The notes: generated from the letters alone by a model not told the origin. A DNA stretch of 61,871 nt from Candidatus Saccharimonadales bacterium (GCA_035280845.1 DATEFB010000017.1:1-61871); one strand, 5' to 3'. Counted from the first letter of the stretch, positions 44,688 to 54,245 are shown. A program made the numbers and translations.

Positions 44688-44854
44688 CTTGGCTGCTCTC
44701 TGTGAAATTGCGGTTGGCCGGGAAAACCGGCAAGCTGACACCTGTCAGTATACTGGCTGGAGCCTCAGATGAGCAATAGCCAGGCGGCAGGTGGCGTCAT
44801 CTCTTAATCCCAGCTACAATAGAGAGGCAATTAACGCCGGAGTGTCAGGGAGCC

Positions 44855-45403
44855 ATGCAAGAATACAAGACAAAGAAATCAACAAGAATTCTGATTATCA
44901 TTATTGCCATTGTTATGGCCGGCGGCTTTTTAGGCACGTACGTGCTCATGATCATGACCCAGCAGGAGCAAAGCGATCCGAAAGCCCTGCAGTCACAACA
45001 AGAACGACTATTAAAAGAATCACAGAAGGGACAGACCGTGGATCCAAACGCATATAAAGTAGAAGGCCCAGTAAAAGAGCTACAGATTATCGACAAAAAG
45101 CAGGGGACTGGCGTAGAAGTAAAGCCAAGCGACGTTGTGCGCGTCCATTATAAAGGCACCTTCGCTAAAGACGGTACCAAATTCGACAGCAGCTATGACC
45201 GTGGCGAACCAGCAACATTCGCAGTCGCTGAAGTTATTGAAGGCTGGCAAAAAGGCATTCCAGGCATGAAGGTCGGCGGAGAGCGCCGCCTGGTAATTCC
45301 TGCAGCCATGGCATACGGCGAAACTGGCAATAGGGGCATTCCACCAAACACTGACCTTGTTTTCGAAGTTGAACTGCTCGCCATTGTAAACCCTGGCCAA
45401 TAA
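44855..45403 (+). CDS. membrane-anchored FKBP-type peptidyl-prolyl isomerase
   Basis: VRVHYKGTFAKDGTKFDSSYDRGEPATF..VIEGWQKGIPGMKVGGERRLVIP is a canonical FKBP domain. Confidence 0.9.
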   Translation: MQEYKTKKSTRILIIIIAIVMAGGFLGTYVLMIMTQQEQSDPKALQSQQERLLKESQKGQTVDPNAYKVEGPVKELQIIDKKQGTGVEVKPSDVVRVHYKGTFAKDGTKFDSSYDRGEPATFAVAEVIEGWQKGIPGMKVGGERRLVIPAAMAYGETGNRGIPPNTDLVFEVELLAIVNPGQ

Positions 45404-45487
45404 TCCAAAAAGTACAACATATAGCGTATTGCATAAGCGATATGACGCTAGATATACTAGATTCAGTCTCTTTTGGAGGGGGAAGAA

Positions 45488-45760
45488 ATGTCAAAAACAG
45501 TAACTATCTACACGACCAATACCTGCGCGTACTGCGAAATGGTCAAAAAATTCTTAAATGGCAAAGGTGTCGGGTACACCGTTGTTAACATGGACGAAGA
45601 GCCTACCGAAGTGCGCCAAAAGGTAATCGAGATGAGCGGTGCTATGACAGTGCCAATTGTTGTGGTGGCCGACGAGGCCGATGAAACTGCGCCAAAGAAC
45701 ATCACAGTTGGCTGGAATCCGGCTAAATTGGCTGCGGCCGTACAGGGTTTGGCTGCGTAA
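45488..45760 (+). CDS. glutaredoxin-like protein (NrdH type)
   Basis: Start trimmed to MSKTVTIYT (SD GGAGGGGGA). CAYC redox motif. TAATG overlap with trxB. Confidence 0.8.
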   Translation: MSKTVTIYTTNTCAYCEMVKKFLNGKGVGYTVVNMDEEPTEVRQKVIEMSGAMTVPIVVVADEADETAPKNITVGWNPAKLAAAVQGLAA

Positions 45761-46743
45761 TGGCCGCTCACGAACAACACGACGTTGTTATGATTGGCGC
45801 CGGGCCATCGGCGCTCGCAGCGGCTGTGTATACAACCCGTGAAGACATCGATACGGTACTCTACGAAAAGGGCGTTATTGGCGGCCTGGCTGCCATTACA
45901 GATTGGGTAGACAACTACCCTGGTTTTGTAAAAGGTATAAGCGGGCTTGAGCTCGCGCAGGCGCTGGAAGGCCAGGCTGAGCGCTTCGGCGCGAACATCC
46001 GCCTTGGTGAGGTCACGAATATTGTCGACGAAGGCGCCCTCAAACGCCTCGAAACAAGTGATGGCACTATTTGGGCGAAAACAGTCCTTATAGCCACCGG
46101 CTCCGATTATAAAAAGATCGGCGTGCCCGGCGAAAAAGAATATTACGGCCGCGGCGTACACTACTGTGCTACTTGCGACGGCGCATTTTATCGCGACAGA
46201 AAATTAGCTGTCATTGGCGGCGGCAACTCGGCTGTTCAGGAAGCGTTGTTTTTGCTCCGTTTTGCCACTCACATTGATTTGTTGGTCCGCAGCGAGGTGA
46301 AGGCCTCCGAGATTCTGCAGCACGAGCTGGATAAGCGGGTAAAAGAAGGCAAGATCACCATTCATAAAGGTGTCTCGACCACAGAGATCGCCGGCATCGA
46401 CAACATGGTGACAACTGTTAAAGCAACACAAAACGGCAAAGCGGTAGAATACACCGTAGACGGTGTATTTGTGTTTGTCGGTTTACTGCCGAATACTGAT
46501 TTTCTTAAGGCGACTGAGGTCCGGCTGGACGAGCGCGGCTTCATTCTTACTGATCACAGCCTGCAAACAAACATGCCTGGCGTGTTTGCCTCTGGCGATG
46601 TTCGCTCTGGGGCCACCATGCAGATCGCCAGCGCTGTGGGCGAGGGCGCAACGGCGGCGCTCAAGATACGTGAATTCCTCGAGATGCAAGAACGCCACGG
46701 CATTATGCCGCTTGGCGAATTGGCCGAGACACAGGCGTCCTAG
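45760..46743 (+). CDS. trxB: thioredoxin-disulfide reductase
   Basis: GAGPSALAAA FAD motif, CATCDG redox centre, GGGNSAVQEA NADPH motif. Confidence 0.95.
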   Translation: MAAHEQHDVVMIGAGPSALAAAVYTTREDIDTVLYEKGVIGGLAAITDWVDNYPGFVKGISGLELAQALEGQAERFGANIRLGEVTNIVDEGALKRLETSDGTIWAKTVLIATGSDYKKIGVPGEKEYYGRGVHYCATCDGAFYRDRKLAVIGGGNSAVQEALFLLRFATHIDLLVRSEVKASEILQHELDKRVKEGKITIHKGVSTTEIAGIDNMVTTVKATQNGKAVEYTVDGVFVFVGLLPNTDFLKATEVRLDERGFILTDHSLQTNMPGVFASGDVRSGATMQIASAVGEGATAALKIREFLEMQERHGIMPLGELAETQAS

Positions 46744-47426
46744 CCTCGCAGGTCCTGAAGTTTATCGGGACGGTTCGTAACAATTGCCTGAACGCCTCTA
46801 TCCATGAGGCGTTTGGCTCTTTTGTGGGTGTTTACGGTATAGGCATAGACCATAAGCTCGCGCAGTTCTGCCTGGTGGATGGCGCGGAGTGGCAACCGGC
46901 GGTGATGAAAACCAACGGCCTGGACGCGCAAGCCCCTGAGGCGCAGGAACTTATAAGGATGCGCCAAATGGAGCAGCGCGAGTGGAATCTTGCTATTTAA
47001 GCGGTGTATCTCGCGCAGCCGGTTTACACGAAACGCGCTGACCATGAAATCTGTGTAGCTGGCGCCGTTTTTAACCTGGCGCTCAATATTTTGCACCACA
47101 GCTTCGGCGCAGCCACGCGATTTTATCTCGACATTAAGTTTCGCCTGGTTGCCAACAGCGTTAAACGCCTCGGCAATAGTATGCATGGCGTTGCCGCCTT
47201 TTAGCTTAACGCTTTTCAGCTTTGCGTAATCTGTTCGAGAGACGATATGCAGGCGCTTGCCCGTCCGCAAGGTGTGCGGATCGTGGCTTAAGACGACGCG
47301 GCCGTCTTTGGTGGTGCGCACATCTATTTCGATCCAGTCGACGCCGGCATTAATGGCGGCCTTAAAACTGTCCCGAGTATTCTCGGGAGCCAGGCCAGCC
47401 GCACCCCGATGGCCAATAATTTGCAT
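46740..47426 (-). CDS. glycerophosphodiester phosphodiesterase
   Basis: IIGHRGAAGLAPENT, EIDV and LSHD are GDPD-family motifs. Confidence 0.85.
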   Translation of the reverse strand: MQIIGHRGAAGLAPENTRDSFKAAINAGVDWIEIDVRTTKDGRVVLSHDPHTLRTGKRLHIVSRTDYAKLKSVKLKGGNAMHTIAEAFNAVGNQAKLNVEIKSRGCAEAVVQNIERQVKNGASYTDFMVSAFRVNRLREIHRLNSKIPLALLHLAHPYKFLRLRGLRVQAVGFHHRRLPLRAIHQAELRELMVYAYTVNTHKRAKRLMDRGVQAIVTNRPDKLQDLRG

Positions 47427-47463
47427 AAGCTTAGTGTACTACAAGTTTCAAAAATGTGATGAT

Positions 47464-47506
47464 GCCGGTCCGGCAGAACGTGTACTCCCTGTTCTGCCGG
47501 ACCGGC
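47464..47506 (-). terminator. GC-rich stem-loop 3' of island gene C
   Basis: GCCGGTCCGGCAGAAC-11 nt-GTTCTGCCGGACCGGC is a perfect 16-bp stem, 5 nt beyond the stop at 47512-47514. Confidence 0.65.
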
Positions 47507-47511
47507 GGTGG

Positions 47512-47832
47512 TCACGCTGCGGGCTCGGCCTTTGCCGCTGCGTGAGCATCGAGCGCCCTGCGGGTGAGTGTTGCGACGTGGCGCGAGGCCCGTCCTTCAT
47601 CCCTGGCGTCGAAGACCCACCTGTCTCCGGCGCGCACCTGCATGATCATGCGGTAGGTGACGCCGTCTTCTTCCACGATGCCCATGAGGGTCGAGCGGTC
47701 GCTGCCGCGGTATGTCCGGATGCCATCTTGCTCCCGAAGGTAGATGTAGATGACGCCGTCCACGACCGGGCGGTCGGTGGCTCGGATCTCATTCAGCTCG
47801 GCAGTGTCGAGCTGAACTACAATGCTGGTCAT
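47512..47832 (-). CDS. hypothetical small cytoplasmic protein (high-GC island gene C)
   Basis: 106 aa with ordinary composition and GC-rich third positions. The leader CTGGAGGCGAACATGAC is nearly identical to that of gene B. TATAAT lies at 47867-47872 on the minus strand. Confidence 0.55.
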   Translation of the reverse strand: MTSIVVQLDTAELNEIRATDRPVVDGVIYIYLREQDGIRTYRGSDRSTLMGIVEEDGVTYRMIMQVRAGDRWVFDARDEGRASRHVATLTRRALDAHAAAKAEPAA

Positions 47833-47964
47833 GTTCGCCTCCAGATAGCGCTCGTGGTGTCAAAGGATTATAAAATAAAACACTATTCCGCACAAACATT
47901 ATTTCCTCATCTACAGATGTGATACACTAATTTCGAAACTAGCAACATAGAAAAGGAGATAGAC

Positions 47965-48501
47965 ATGGCTGATTTTAACCAAGTCCTCACCCCTGGCGAC
48001 ATCACAAACGGTGTCCTTAATACTGTTATCGAAATTCCTGAAGGCTCTTTCCTGAAGGTTGAATGGGACCGCAAGCGCGCCGCATTTATGCTGGACCGCG
48101 TTGAGCCAAGCATTTTTGCTAAGCCGTGTAACTACGGGTTTATTCCTCAGACATTGGATGACGACGGCGACGAGCTCGACACGCTTGTTGTATGCGACGA
48201 GCCACTGCCAATGGGCGTTTGGCTTGAGGCCCGCATTCTTGGCGTTATGAAGTTCGAGGACGACGGCGAGATGGACCACAAGATTGTGGTGGTGCCCGCC
48301 GACGACCGCAACACGGGCGACAGCCGCACAACCCTGGACGACCTGGGCGAGCGCTGGAAGCAACAGATTGAGTTCCACTTCAACCACTACAAAGACCTTA
48401 AAAAACCCGGCACGACTATTGTGCAGGGTTGGGGCGATGCCGAAGAGGCAAAGGCTGTTATTCAGGAATGTATTGAGCGCTGGAACAACCAGGCTAAATA
48501 A
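47965..48501 (+). CDS. ppa: inorganic pyrophosphatase (family I)
   Basis: Motifs are IPEGS..K.E.D, YGFIPQT, DGD.LD.LV and DDGE.D.KI. Confidence 0.95.
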   Translation: MADFNQVLTPGDITNGVLNTVIEIPEGSFLKVEWDRKRAAFMLDRVEPSIFAKPCNYGFIPQTLDDDGDELDTLVVCDEPLPMGVWLEARILGVMKFEDDGEMDHKIVVVPADDRNTGDSRTTLDDLGERWKQQIEFHFNHYKDLKKPGTTIVQGWGDAEEAKAVIQECIERWNNQAK

Positions 48502-48521
48502 TAATACGTCTAAAATGAGCG

Positions 48522-48559
48522 CAGGCCGCCAACTCCGGAGTCCCGGGGCTGGCGGCCTG
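48522..48559. terminator. GC-rich stem-loop between convergent ppa and island gene D
   Basis: CAGGCCGCCA-18 nt-TGGCGGCCTG, a 10-bp stem. Confidence 0.55.
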
Positions 48560-48574
48560 TTTGCGCACGAACGG

Positions 48575-48925
48575 TCAGGACTTCGTCCTGAATCCCAGTA
48601 TCACCCCAGGCCCGATGGGTACGACGAGGCTCAGCGGCAAGGGGGTTGGCGCGTCTGGCTCAGTCTTGGGCACGAGCAGCAGGTGGACGCCGACCAGCCG
48701 CTCCAGCGGAGTGGGCGCGAGTGCGTCACGCTCCTCGTCTTCGATGGCGAAACCGACCCCGTCACTTTGGTCGCGCAGCCGGTCGTTGGGATCGACCAGC
48801 TCGGCGGTGTAGAGCGGGTGCTGGCTGACGCTTGAGTGTCGTGAGTCTTTGCCGACGATTTCGTAGACACGATCGCCAATAGTGACCCTGGCAAGATTCT
48901 CGACGTCGAGCTTCAAGGGAATCAA
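48575..48925 (-). CDS. hypothetical small protein (high-GC island gene D)
   Basis: 116 aa as tracked, but the tracked TTG start abuts the SD GAAGGAG. The TTG at 48916 (9-nt spacer) is more likely. TGGTATAGT extended -10 lies at 48956-48964 (minus). Confidence 0.5.
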   Translation of the reverse strand: MIPLKLDVENLARVTIGDRVYEIVGKDSRHSSVSQHPLYTAELVDPNDRLRDQSDGVGFAIEDEERDALAPTPLERLVGVHLLLVPKTEPDAPTPLPLSLVVPIGPGVILGFRTKS

Positions 48926-48984
48926 CTCCTTCGGTAGCTGAATTCGTACAAATTAACTATACCATCAAATAAAAACAAAACAAC

Positions 48985-49022
48985 CTCTTGGCCGACGCGG
49001 AATTCTTTGCGTCGGCCAAGAG
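48985..49022 (-). terminator. GC-rich stem-loop 3' of island gene E
   Basis: CTCTTGGCCGACGC-10 nt-GCGTCGGCCAAGAG is a perfect 14-bp stem, 7 nt beyond the stop. Confidence 0.65.
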
Positions 49023-49029
49023 TGGTCGC

Positions 49030-49434
49030 TTACATATCGGCAGTGATCAGCCGCTCCAGCGCCACGGCGCTCTGGTGGCGTCGCAGCACGTCTTCCGGGC
49101 TGTCGCCGTCGTTGCTGGGGTCGTCGTACCGCGCGGCGAACGTGATGCAGCGGCAGTGCTGGTCGGCGGCGCCGTCAATTCGCACGAGCATGTACTCGGC
49201 CTCGCTGCTGAACAGCACGCTGTCGCCGAAGACTTCGATCGCTTCCCAGTACCTGCTTCCGATCGCCATCATGCCTGCCGAAGCTTCCAGGCTCATGCGG
49301 CCGTTCATGTAGGCCACTGTGCCCAGAAGTACGGCTGCGGCGCAGCGCCGCAGGTCTCCGAGCGTGCCGGTGAAGCGGCATGATGTCTCTGACACGATCC
49401 GAAGGTACGGTTGGACTAACGGTTCCGGGGGCAT
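49030..49434 (-). CDS. hypothetical small cytoplasmic protein (high-GC island gene E)
   Basis: Start trimmed to MPPEPL (ATG at 49434, SD GAGGAG, 4-nt spacer). 134 aa. TGGTATAAT extended -10 lies at 49472-49480 (minus). Confidence 0.55.
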   Translation of the reverse strand: MPPEPLVQPYLRIVSETSCRFTGTLGDLRRCAAAVLLGTVAYMNGRMSLEASAGMMAIGSRYWEAIEVFGDSVLFSSEAEYMLVRIDGAADQHCRCITFAARYDDPSNDGDSPEDVLRRHQSAVALERLITADM

Positions 49435-49568
49435 TACACTCCTCACAACGCAGGTATGTAGCTAGTCCATAATTATACCAGCAAGCATATACGAGGCATT
49501 TGCACTGATTGGCAACCTTTACTACAATAGAAGGCAACAAAGCTAACGCTTAAGAAGTGGGGGTTACG

Positions 49569-50585
49569 GTGAAGACACGGATTGCAATTAACGGGTTCGG
49601 GCGAATTGGACGCTGCGCGTTTAAAATTGCGTTTGAGCGCAGCGACGTAGAAGTAGTCGCCATTAACGACCTGACAGATACAAAAACATTGGCGCACCTG
49701 TTAAAACACGACAGCTCGTACGGCACGTACCAGCACGATGTTTCGTTCGATGAGGCGGGCATTGTCGTGAATGGCCAACACATTAAAGTACTTGCCGAGA
49801 AAGACCCGGCTGCACTTCCTTGGGGCGCGCACGGTGTCGATGTTGTCATTGAATGCACCGGTTTCTTTGTTGACCCTGCGAAGGCACGTGCCCACATTGA
49901 TCCAGCAGGTGCAAAAAAGGTCATTATTAGTGCTCCTGCCAAAGGTGAGGGCGCTGACACTATTGTGCTTGGTGTAAACGAAGATAAAATCGACTCGTCA
50001 ACAGATGTTATTAGCAACGCCAGCTGTACAACTAACTGCATCACCCCCGTTGCGGCAGTTGTCGAAAGCCACTTTGGCATCGAAAAAGCCATGATGACCA
50101 CTGTCCACAGTTACACGGCCAGCCAGCGTTTGCAGGATGCTCCCGCTAAGGACTTGCGTGAAGCCCGGGCTGCAGCCGAAAACATCGTGCCTACAACTAC
50201 TGGCGCAAGCATTGCTGCTGCCAAAGCGTTACCTGCCCTTGAGGGCATCTTCGGTGGTTTGAGCATCCGCGTTCCCACCCCGGTTGTTAGCCTTGCCGAC
50301 TTCACCTTTGTGACTAAAAAGAAGGTCACGATTGAAGAGGTGAACGACGTCTTTAAGAAAGCCGCAAAAGAGCCTTACTACCAGGGCATCTTGGGCGTAA
50401 CCGAAGAAGAACTGGTAAGCTCCGACTTTAAGGGCGACAGCCATTCGGCAACAGTTGACCTTAAGTTGACTCAGGTAACTGGCGGCAACATGTTGAAGGT
50501 AATTGCCTGGTACGACAACGAATGGGGCTACAGTAACCGACTTGTCGAGCTGGTAGCCGACGCAGGTAAGGCGCTCCAGAAATGA
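49569..50585 (+). CDS. gap: type I glyceraldehyde-3-phosphate dehydrogenase
   Basis: INGFGRIGR and the SNASCTTNC active site. Start placed at the GTG at 49569 (KTRIAINGFG); the tracked start at 49557 is also possible. Confidence 0.95.
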   Translation: MKTRIAINGFGRIGRCAFKIAFERSDVEVVAINDLTDTKTLAHLLKHDSSYGTYQHDVSFDEAGIVVNGQHIKVLAEKDPAALPWGAHGVDVVIECTGFFVDPAKARAHIDPAGAKKVIISAPAKGEGADTIVLGVNEDKIDSSTDVISNASCTTNCITPVAAVVESHFGIEKAMMTTVHSYTASQRLQDAPAKDLREARAAAENIVPTTTGASIAAAKALPALEGIFGGLSIRVPTPVVSLADFTFVTKKKVTIEEVNDVFKKAAKEPYYQGILGVTEEELVSSDFKGDSHSATVDLKLTQVTGGNMLKVIAWYDNEWGYSNRLVELVADAGKALQK

Positions 50586-51037
50586 TTGTGTACCTCGGCT
50601 CCGACCATGGCGGCTTTTACCTGAAGGAAAAAGTCGAGGCACATCTTGCAAAGGCAGGTGTTACCGTCGAGGACGTAGGCAACAAAGTCCTCGATCCCTC
50701 CGATGACTATCCGCAGTTTGCGTTCATGGCTGCAACGAAGGTGCTCGGCAGTACCGACGCCGACCCTCGCGCGATTCTGATTTGTAAAGGCGGCCAGGGT
50801 ATGGCGATCGCCGCTAACCGAATCCGCGGCATCCGTGCGGTGGTTGTCGCCGATGAAGAAGAGGCTAAGATGTCGCGCAACGACAACGACGCAAACGTAC
50901 TGTCGCTGCCCTCGCGCGTACTCGAGGAAGACCCTCAGAAGGCCTTTAGTATTATTGACCTTTGGCTCAAGACTCCTTTCTCGAGGGCCGAGCGGCATGT
51001 CCGCCGCCTGCGTGAAATCGAAGAGGTGTACGGTTGA
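50582..51037 (+). CDS. rpiB: ribose-5-phosphate isomerase B (RpiB/LacA/LacB family)
   Basis: 151 aa with GSDHGG and ICKGGQGMAIAANRIRGIRA. ATGA overlap with gap. Confidence 0.9.
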   Translation: MIVYLGSDHGGFYLKEKVEAHLAKAGVTVEDVGNKVLDPSDDYPQFAFMAATKVLGSTDADPRAILICKGGQGMAIAANRIRGIRAVVVADEEEAKMSRNDNDANVLSLPSRVLEEDPQKAFSIIDLWLKTPFSRAERHVRRLREIEEVYG

Positions 51038-51681
51038 TGGCAGCTATTGCGCCATGTGTCACCGCTACTGACGCCCATGCTTACCGTGAGCAAATGGCGC
51101 GGATTGCTCCGTTCGCCAAGCGGGTGCATGTTGATTTTAGCGACGGCGAGTTCTCGCCCGTCAAACTGGTCAACCCCATCCAGGCATATTGGCCTGAGGG
51201 TATGGCCGTTGATCTGCACCTCATGATGAGGGACCCACTGGCTCACCTTGAGACAGTTATTAGCTTGAGCCCACAAATGGTTATTTTGCATGCAGAATCA
51301 GAGGGCAATCTGACCAGCGCGCTTTTGCAACTGCGCGCCCTTGGCGTTAAAACCGGTGTGGCACTGCTGCAGCAAACCGCTCCCGAGACCGCCAGGCAAC
51401 TTATTGGCGAGGCAGACCATGTACTGATATTCAGTGGTGACCTGGGGCATTTTGGTGGCCAGGCCGACCTTGATTTACTGCGTAAGGTTGCGCAGATTCG
51501 TGCCATTAACCCCATTGCCGAGATTGGCTGGGACGGCGGTGTGAACCTCGATAACGCGGCACGTCTTGTGCTGGGTGGCGTAGAGGTGCTTAATGTTGGT
51601 GGCGGCATTCAGCGCGCAGAAGATCCTCAGGCAACATACGACCAGCTGGTCGACGCCGCCAAAAAGGCACTGCAAGCCTAA
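51034..51681 (+). CDS. ribulose-phosphate 3-epimerase-like protein (divergent)
   Basis: 215 aa, TIM-barrel-like. VHVDFSDGEF, DLHLMM, ILHAES and SGDLGHFGGQ parallel Rpe motifs but are divergent. Confidence 0.6.
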   Translation: MMAAIAPCVTATDAHAYREQMARIAPFAKRVHVDFSDGEFSPVKLVNPIQAYWPEGMAVDLHLMMRDPLAHLETVISLSPQMVILHAESEGNLTSALLQLRALGVKTGVALLQQTAPETARQLIGEADHVLIFSGDLGHFGGQADLDLLRKVAQIRAINPIAEIGWDGGVNLDNAARLVLGGVEVLNVGGGIQRAEDPQATYDQLVDAAKKALQA

Positions 51682-51721
51682 ATTGCATTAAACGGCCAGG
51701 ATACCTATAATCATAAGCAAT

Positions 51722-52576
51722 ATGGTGCAGTTGACGATTCCTCAGTTGGAGAAAAAAGCCAACGAAATACGGATAGATATTATTAAGATGCTCGAAGCGG
51801 CAGGCAGTGGGCATGTTGCTGGTCCGCTGGACTTAACCGACATTTTTACGGCTTTGTATTTCCACATCCTGAAGCACGACCCCAAGGATACGGAATGGCC
51901 AGAGCGTGACATTGTTATTTTAAGTAACGGCCACACCGTGCCAGTCCGCTATGCAACCATGGCGCACGCGGGGTACTTCCCCAAAGAAGAGCTAAAAACG
52001 CTCCGCAAGTTCGGCACGCGCCTGCAAGGCCACCCAGAGCGATTGCGCTTGCCAGGTATGGAAACAACCTCAGGACCATTGGGTAGTGGCCTAAGCCAGG
52101 CCGCCGGCATGGCTAAAGCTCTCCAGATTAATAAAGACGACCACCGCTGGGTCTATTGCATAACCAGCGACGGCGAAATGAACGAGGGCAACTACTGGGA
52201 AGGTGTTATGTTTGCGGCAAAATACAAGCTGCACAATATGATTGTCATTGTTGACCGCAACAACATCCAGATCGACGGCAACACCGAGAACGTCATGCCA
52301 CTCGAGAACCTGCGCGACAAATGGGAGGCGTTTGGCTGGCACGTGCAGGAGATCGATGGCCACAATATGGAGAGCATCATCGATGCCTGCAGTATGGCCC
52401 GCGCAATTGTAGAGCGCCCTAGTGTTATTATTGCCCACACTATCCCCGGCAAAGGCGTGCCGTTCATGGAATATGACTACCATTTTCACGGTATGATGCA
52501 CAACTCGAAAGAGGCAAAAGAAGCCCTTAAGAAGCTGCGCAGTCTGGGCGGCAAAGTTACCGGAGAACACGAATAA
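51722..52576 (+). CDS. transketolase, N-terminal (TPP pyrophosphate-binding) subunit
   Basis: SGHVAGPL, SNGH and GDGEMNEGNYWE (TPP motif). Split-gene form. Confidence 0.9.
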   Translation: MVQLTIPQLEKKANEIRIDIIKMLEAAGSGHVAGPLDLTDIFTALYFHILKHDPKDTEWPERDIVILSNGHTVPVRYATMAHAGYFPKEELKTLRKFGTRLQGHPERLRLPGMETTSGPLGSGLSQAAGMAKALQINKDDHRWVYCITSDGEMNEGNYWEGVMFAAKYKLHNMIVIVDRNNIQIDGNTENVMPLENLRDKWEAFGWHVQEIDGHNMESIIDACSMARAIVERPSVIIAHTIPGKGVPFMEYDYHFHGMMHNSKEAKEALKKLRSLGGKVTGEHE

Positions 52577-53565
52577 TGGATATGCACTTAGTTGCCAACA
52601 TTGGCGCCGACGACATAAAACAGGAATCAAACCGAAAAGGGTTTGGCCGAGGACTACTGCAAGCGGGCAAAGATGACGAGAACGTGGTGGCGCTGTGTGC
52701 CGACCTTACTGAATCAACGCAGATCAGCCTCTTTGCTGAAGCGTTTCCAGAGCGTTTTGTAGAAGTGGGTGTGGCTGAGCAGAACCTTGTCACTGTTGGC
52801 AGTGGTATGGCCGCAATGGGAAAGGTGCCATTCGTGAGCAGTTATGCCGCCTTCTGCCCTGGTCGTTGCTGGGAGCAGATCCGCACAACCATCGCCCTGA
52901 ACGACCGCCCGGTTAAAATTGTTGGTTCGCATGCCGGCGTAAGCGTTGGCCCCGACGGTGCTACGCACCAGATGCTCGAAGATATTGCCCTTATGCGCGC
53001 CCTACCGAACATGGTGGTCGTTGCGCCAGGAGACAGCGTTGAGGCCGAAAAAGCCACGCGGGCTCTGGCCGCAAACGGCAAGCCAAGCTACCTGCGACTT
53101 TCGCGGGCAGATTCTGCAGTATTTACAACCGCCGACACGCCGTTCGAGATCGGCAAGGCGTACGTGCTGCGCGAAGGCACGGACCTTGCCATCATGGCAA
53201 CCGGCCCTATGACCTACCAGGCGCTGGTCGCCGCCGATCTTCTTGCACTGTCGAACGTGCACGCCGAAGTTGTGCACGTGCCAACTATTAAGCCGCTCGA
53301 CATGGAAACGATTTTGGGCACCGCCCGAAAGTGTGGTCGCGTTATTACCCTCGAAGAAGCACAGATCGCAGGAGGGTTTGGTGGCGCTATCGCCGAGCTG
53401 CTCAGCGAACAGCTGCCAATGCCATTATTGCGACTGGGTATGTTCGACCGTTTTGGCGAATCAGGCGAGCCGGCCGAACTACTCGAACATTTTGGCCTGA
53501 CCGGTACACACGTTGCCACCCAGGCGCACGAATGGATCTCGCACGTTCCCCAATATCACCGCTAA
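52576..53565 (+). CDS. transketolase, C-terminal (pyrimidine-binding) subunit
   Basis: FVEVGVAEQNLV and GPDGATHQMLEDIA. TAATG overlap with the N-terminal subunit gene. Confidence 0.9.
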   Translation: MDMHLVANIGADDIKQESNRKGFGRGLLQAGKDDENVVALCADLTESTQISLFAEAFPERFVEVGVAEQNLVTVGSGMAAMGKVPFVSSYAAFCPGRCWEQIRTTIALNDRPVKIVGSHAGVSVGPDGATHQMLEDIALMRALPNMVVVAPGDSVEAEKATRALAANGKPSYLRLSRADSAVFTTADTPFEIGKAYVLREGTDLAIMATGPMTYQALVAADLLALSNVHAEVVHVPTIKPLDMETILGTARKCGRVITLEEAQIAGGFGGAIAELLSEQLPMPLLRLGMFDRFGESGEPAELLEHFGLTGTHVATQAHEWISHVPQYHR

Positions 53566-53574
53566 AGGATAACC

Positions 53575-54237
53575 ATGGACGAGATACACCAGCAGCCCTC
53601 ACCGCCACCTTTGCAGTACAACCGCAGTAAATCGCTGGCGATTGCCGTTGTTGTATCGGCAGTATTTTTACTGGCGGCCGCAGGTATTTGTGTCTGGCTG
53701 CTTATGCGCCCTGCGGGCACGGCGACCATCGAGCAAAAACCGACAGGCGATGGCAGCGAGAGCGTTAAGACGTTGGAATGGACATCACCCGACAGCCTGG
53801 CTGGCACCTATGCCCGTCGCGAACAAAACACCAAGGCGGTTAAGACGACGTATTATTTTGATGCTGTGGCAAGTTGCGGCCTAACGACAAATGTGCAGTC
53901 TATGGTCGCTGGCAAAACGCCCAGGGACGTTGTGCTCGAGGCAGCTCAAGGCGCGCAGGCATACGGCATTGCCACAACTGGTTCGACTGACGCCGACGTG
54001 CATAAGATTAAAGATGCCGACGGCAGCCACACGTATGATTTTAAGTCCGTCCAGCTGGAGCAAACCGTCAACGTCGCCGGTGTGCCGTATAACGCCCAGC
54101 GTACTATCGTGGCCTACAAGCAGTTCGGTACGCTCGTGGCGAGCGTTGGCTACTCGTGCAAGGCTGACTCCTGGGACGCTAAAAAAACCGAGCTGCAAGC
54201 TGCGGCCAATTCATTTATTGTGAAGACGACAAAATAG
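53575..54237 (+). CDS. membrane-anchored hypothetical protein with two ectodomain Cys
   Basis: 220 aa with an N-terminal TM. No family recognised. Backbone composition. Confidence 0.5.
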   Translation: MDEIHQQPSPPPLQYNRSKSLAIAVVVSAVFLLAAAGICVWLLMRPAGTATIEQKPTGDGSESVKTLEWTSPDSLAGTYARREQNTKAVKTTYYFDAVASCGLTTNVQSMVAGKTPRDVVLEAAQGAQAYGIATTGSTDADVHKIKDADGSHTYDFKSVQLEQTVNVAGVPYNAQRTIVAYKQFGTLVASVGYSCKADSWDAKKTELQAAANSFIVKTTK

Positions 54238-54245
54238 GAGGCAAG

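Noticed and set aside
47512-49434. Toxin-antitoxin interpretation of the small island genes C, D and E
   Set aside because: The genes are monocistronic with individual promoters and terminators, not bicistronic pairs. I saw no recognisable toxin or antitoxin fold motifs.
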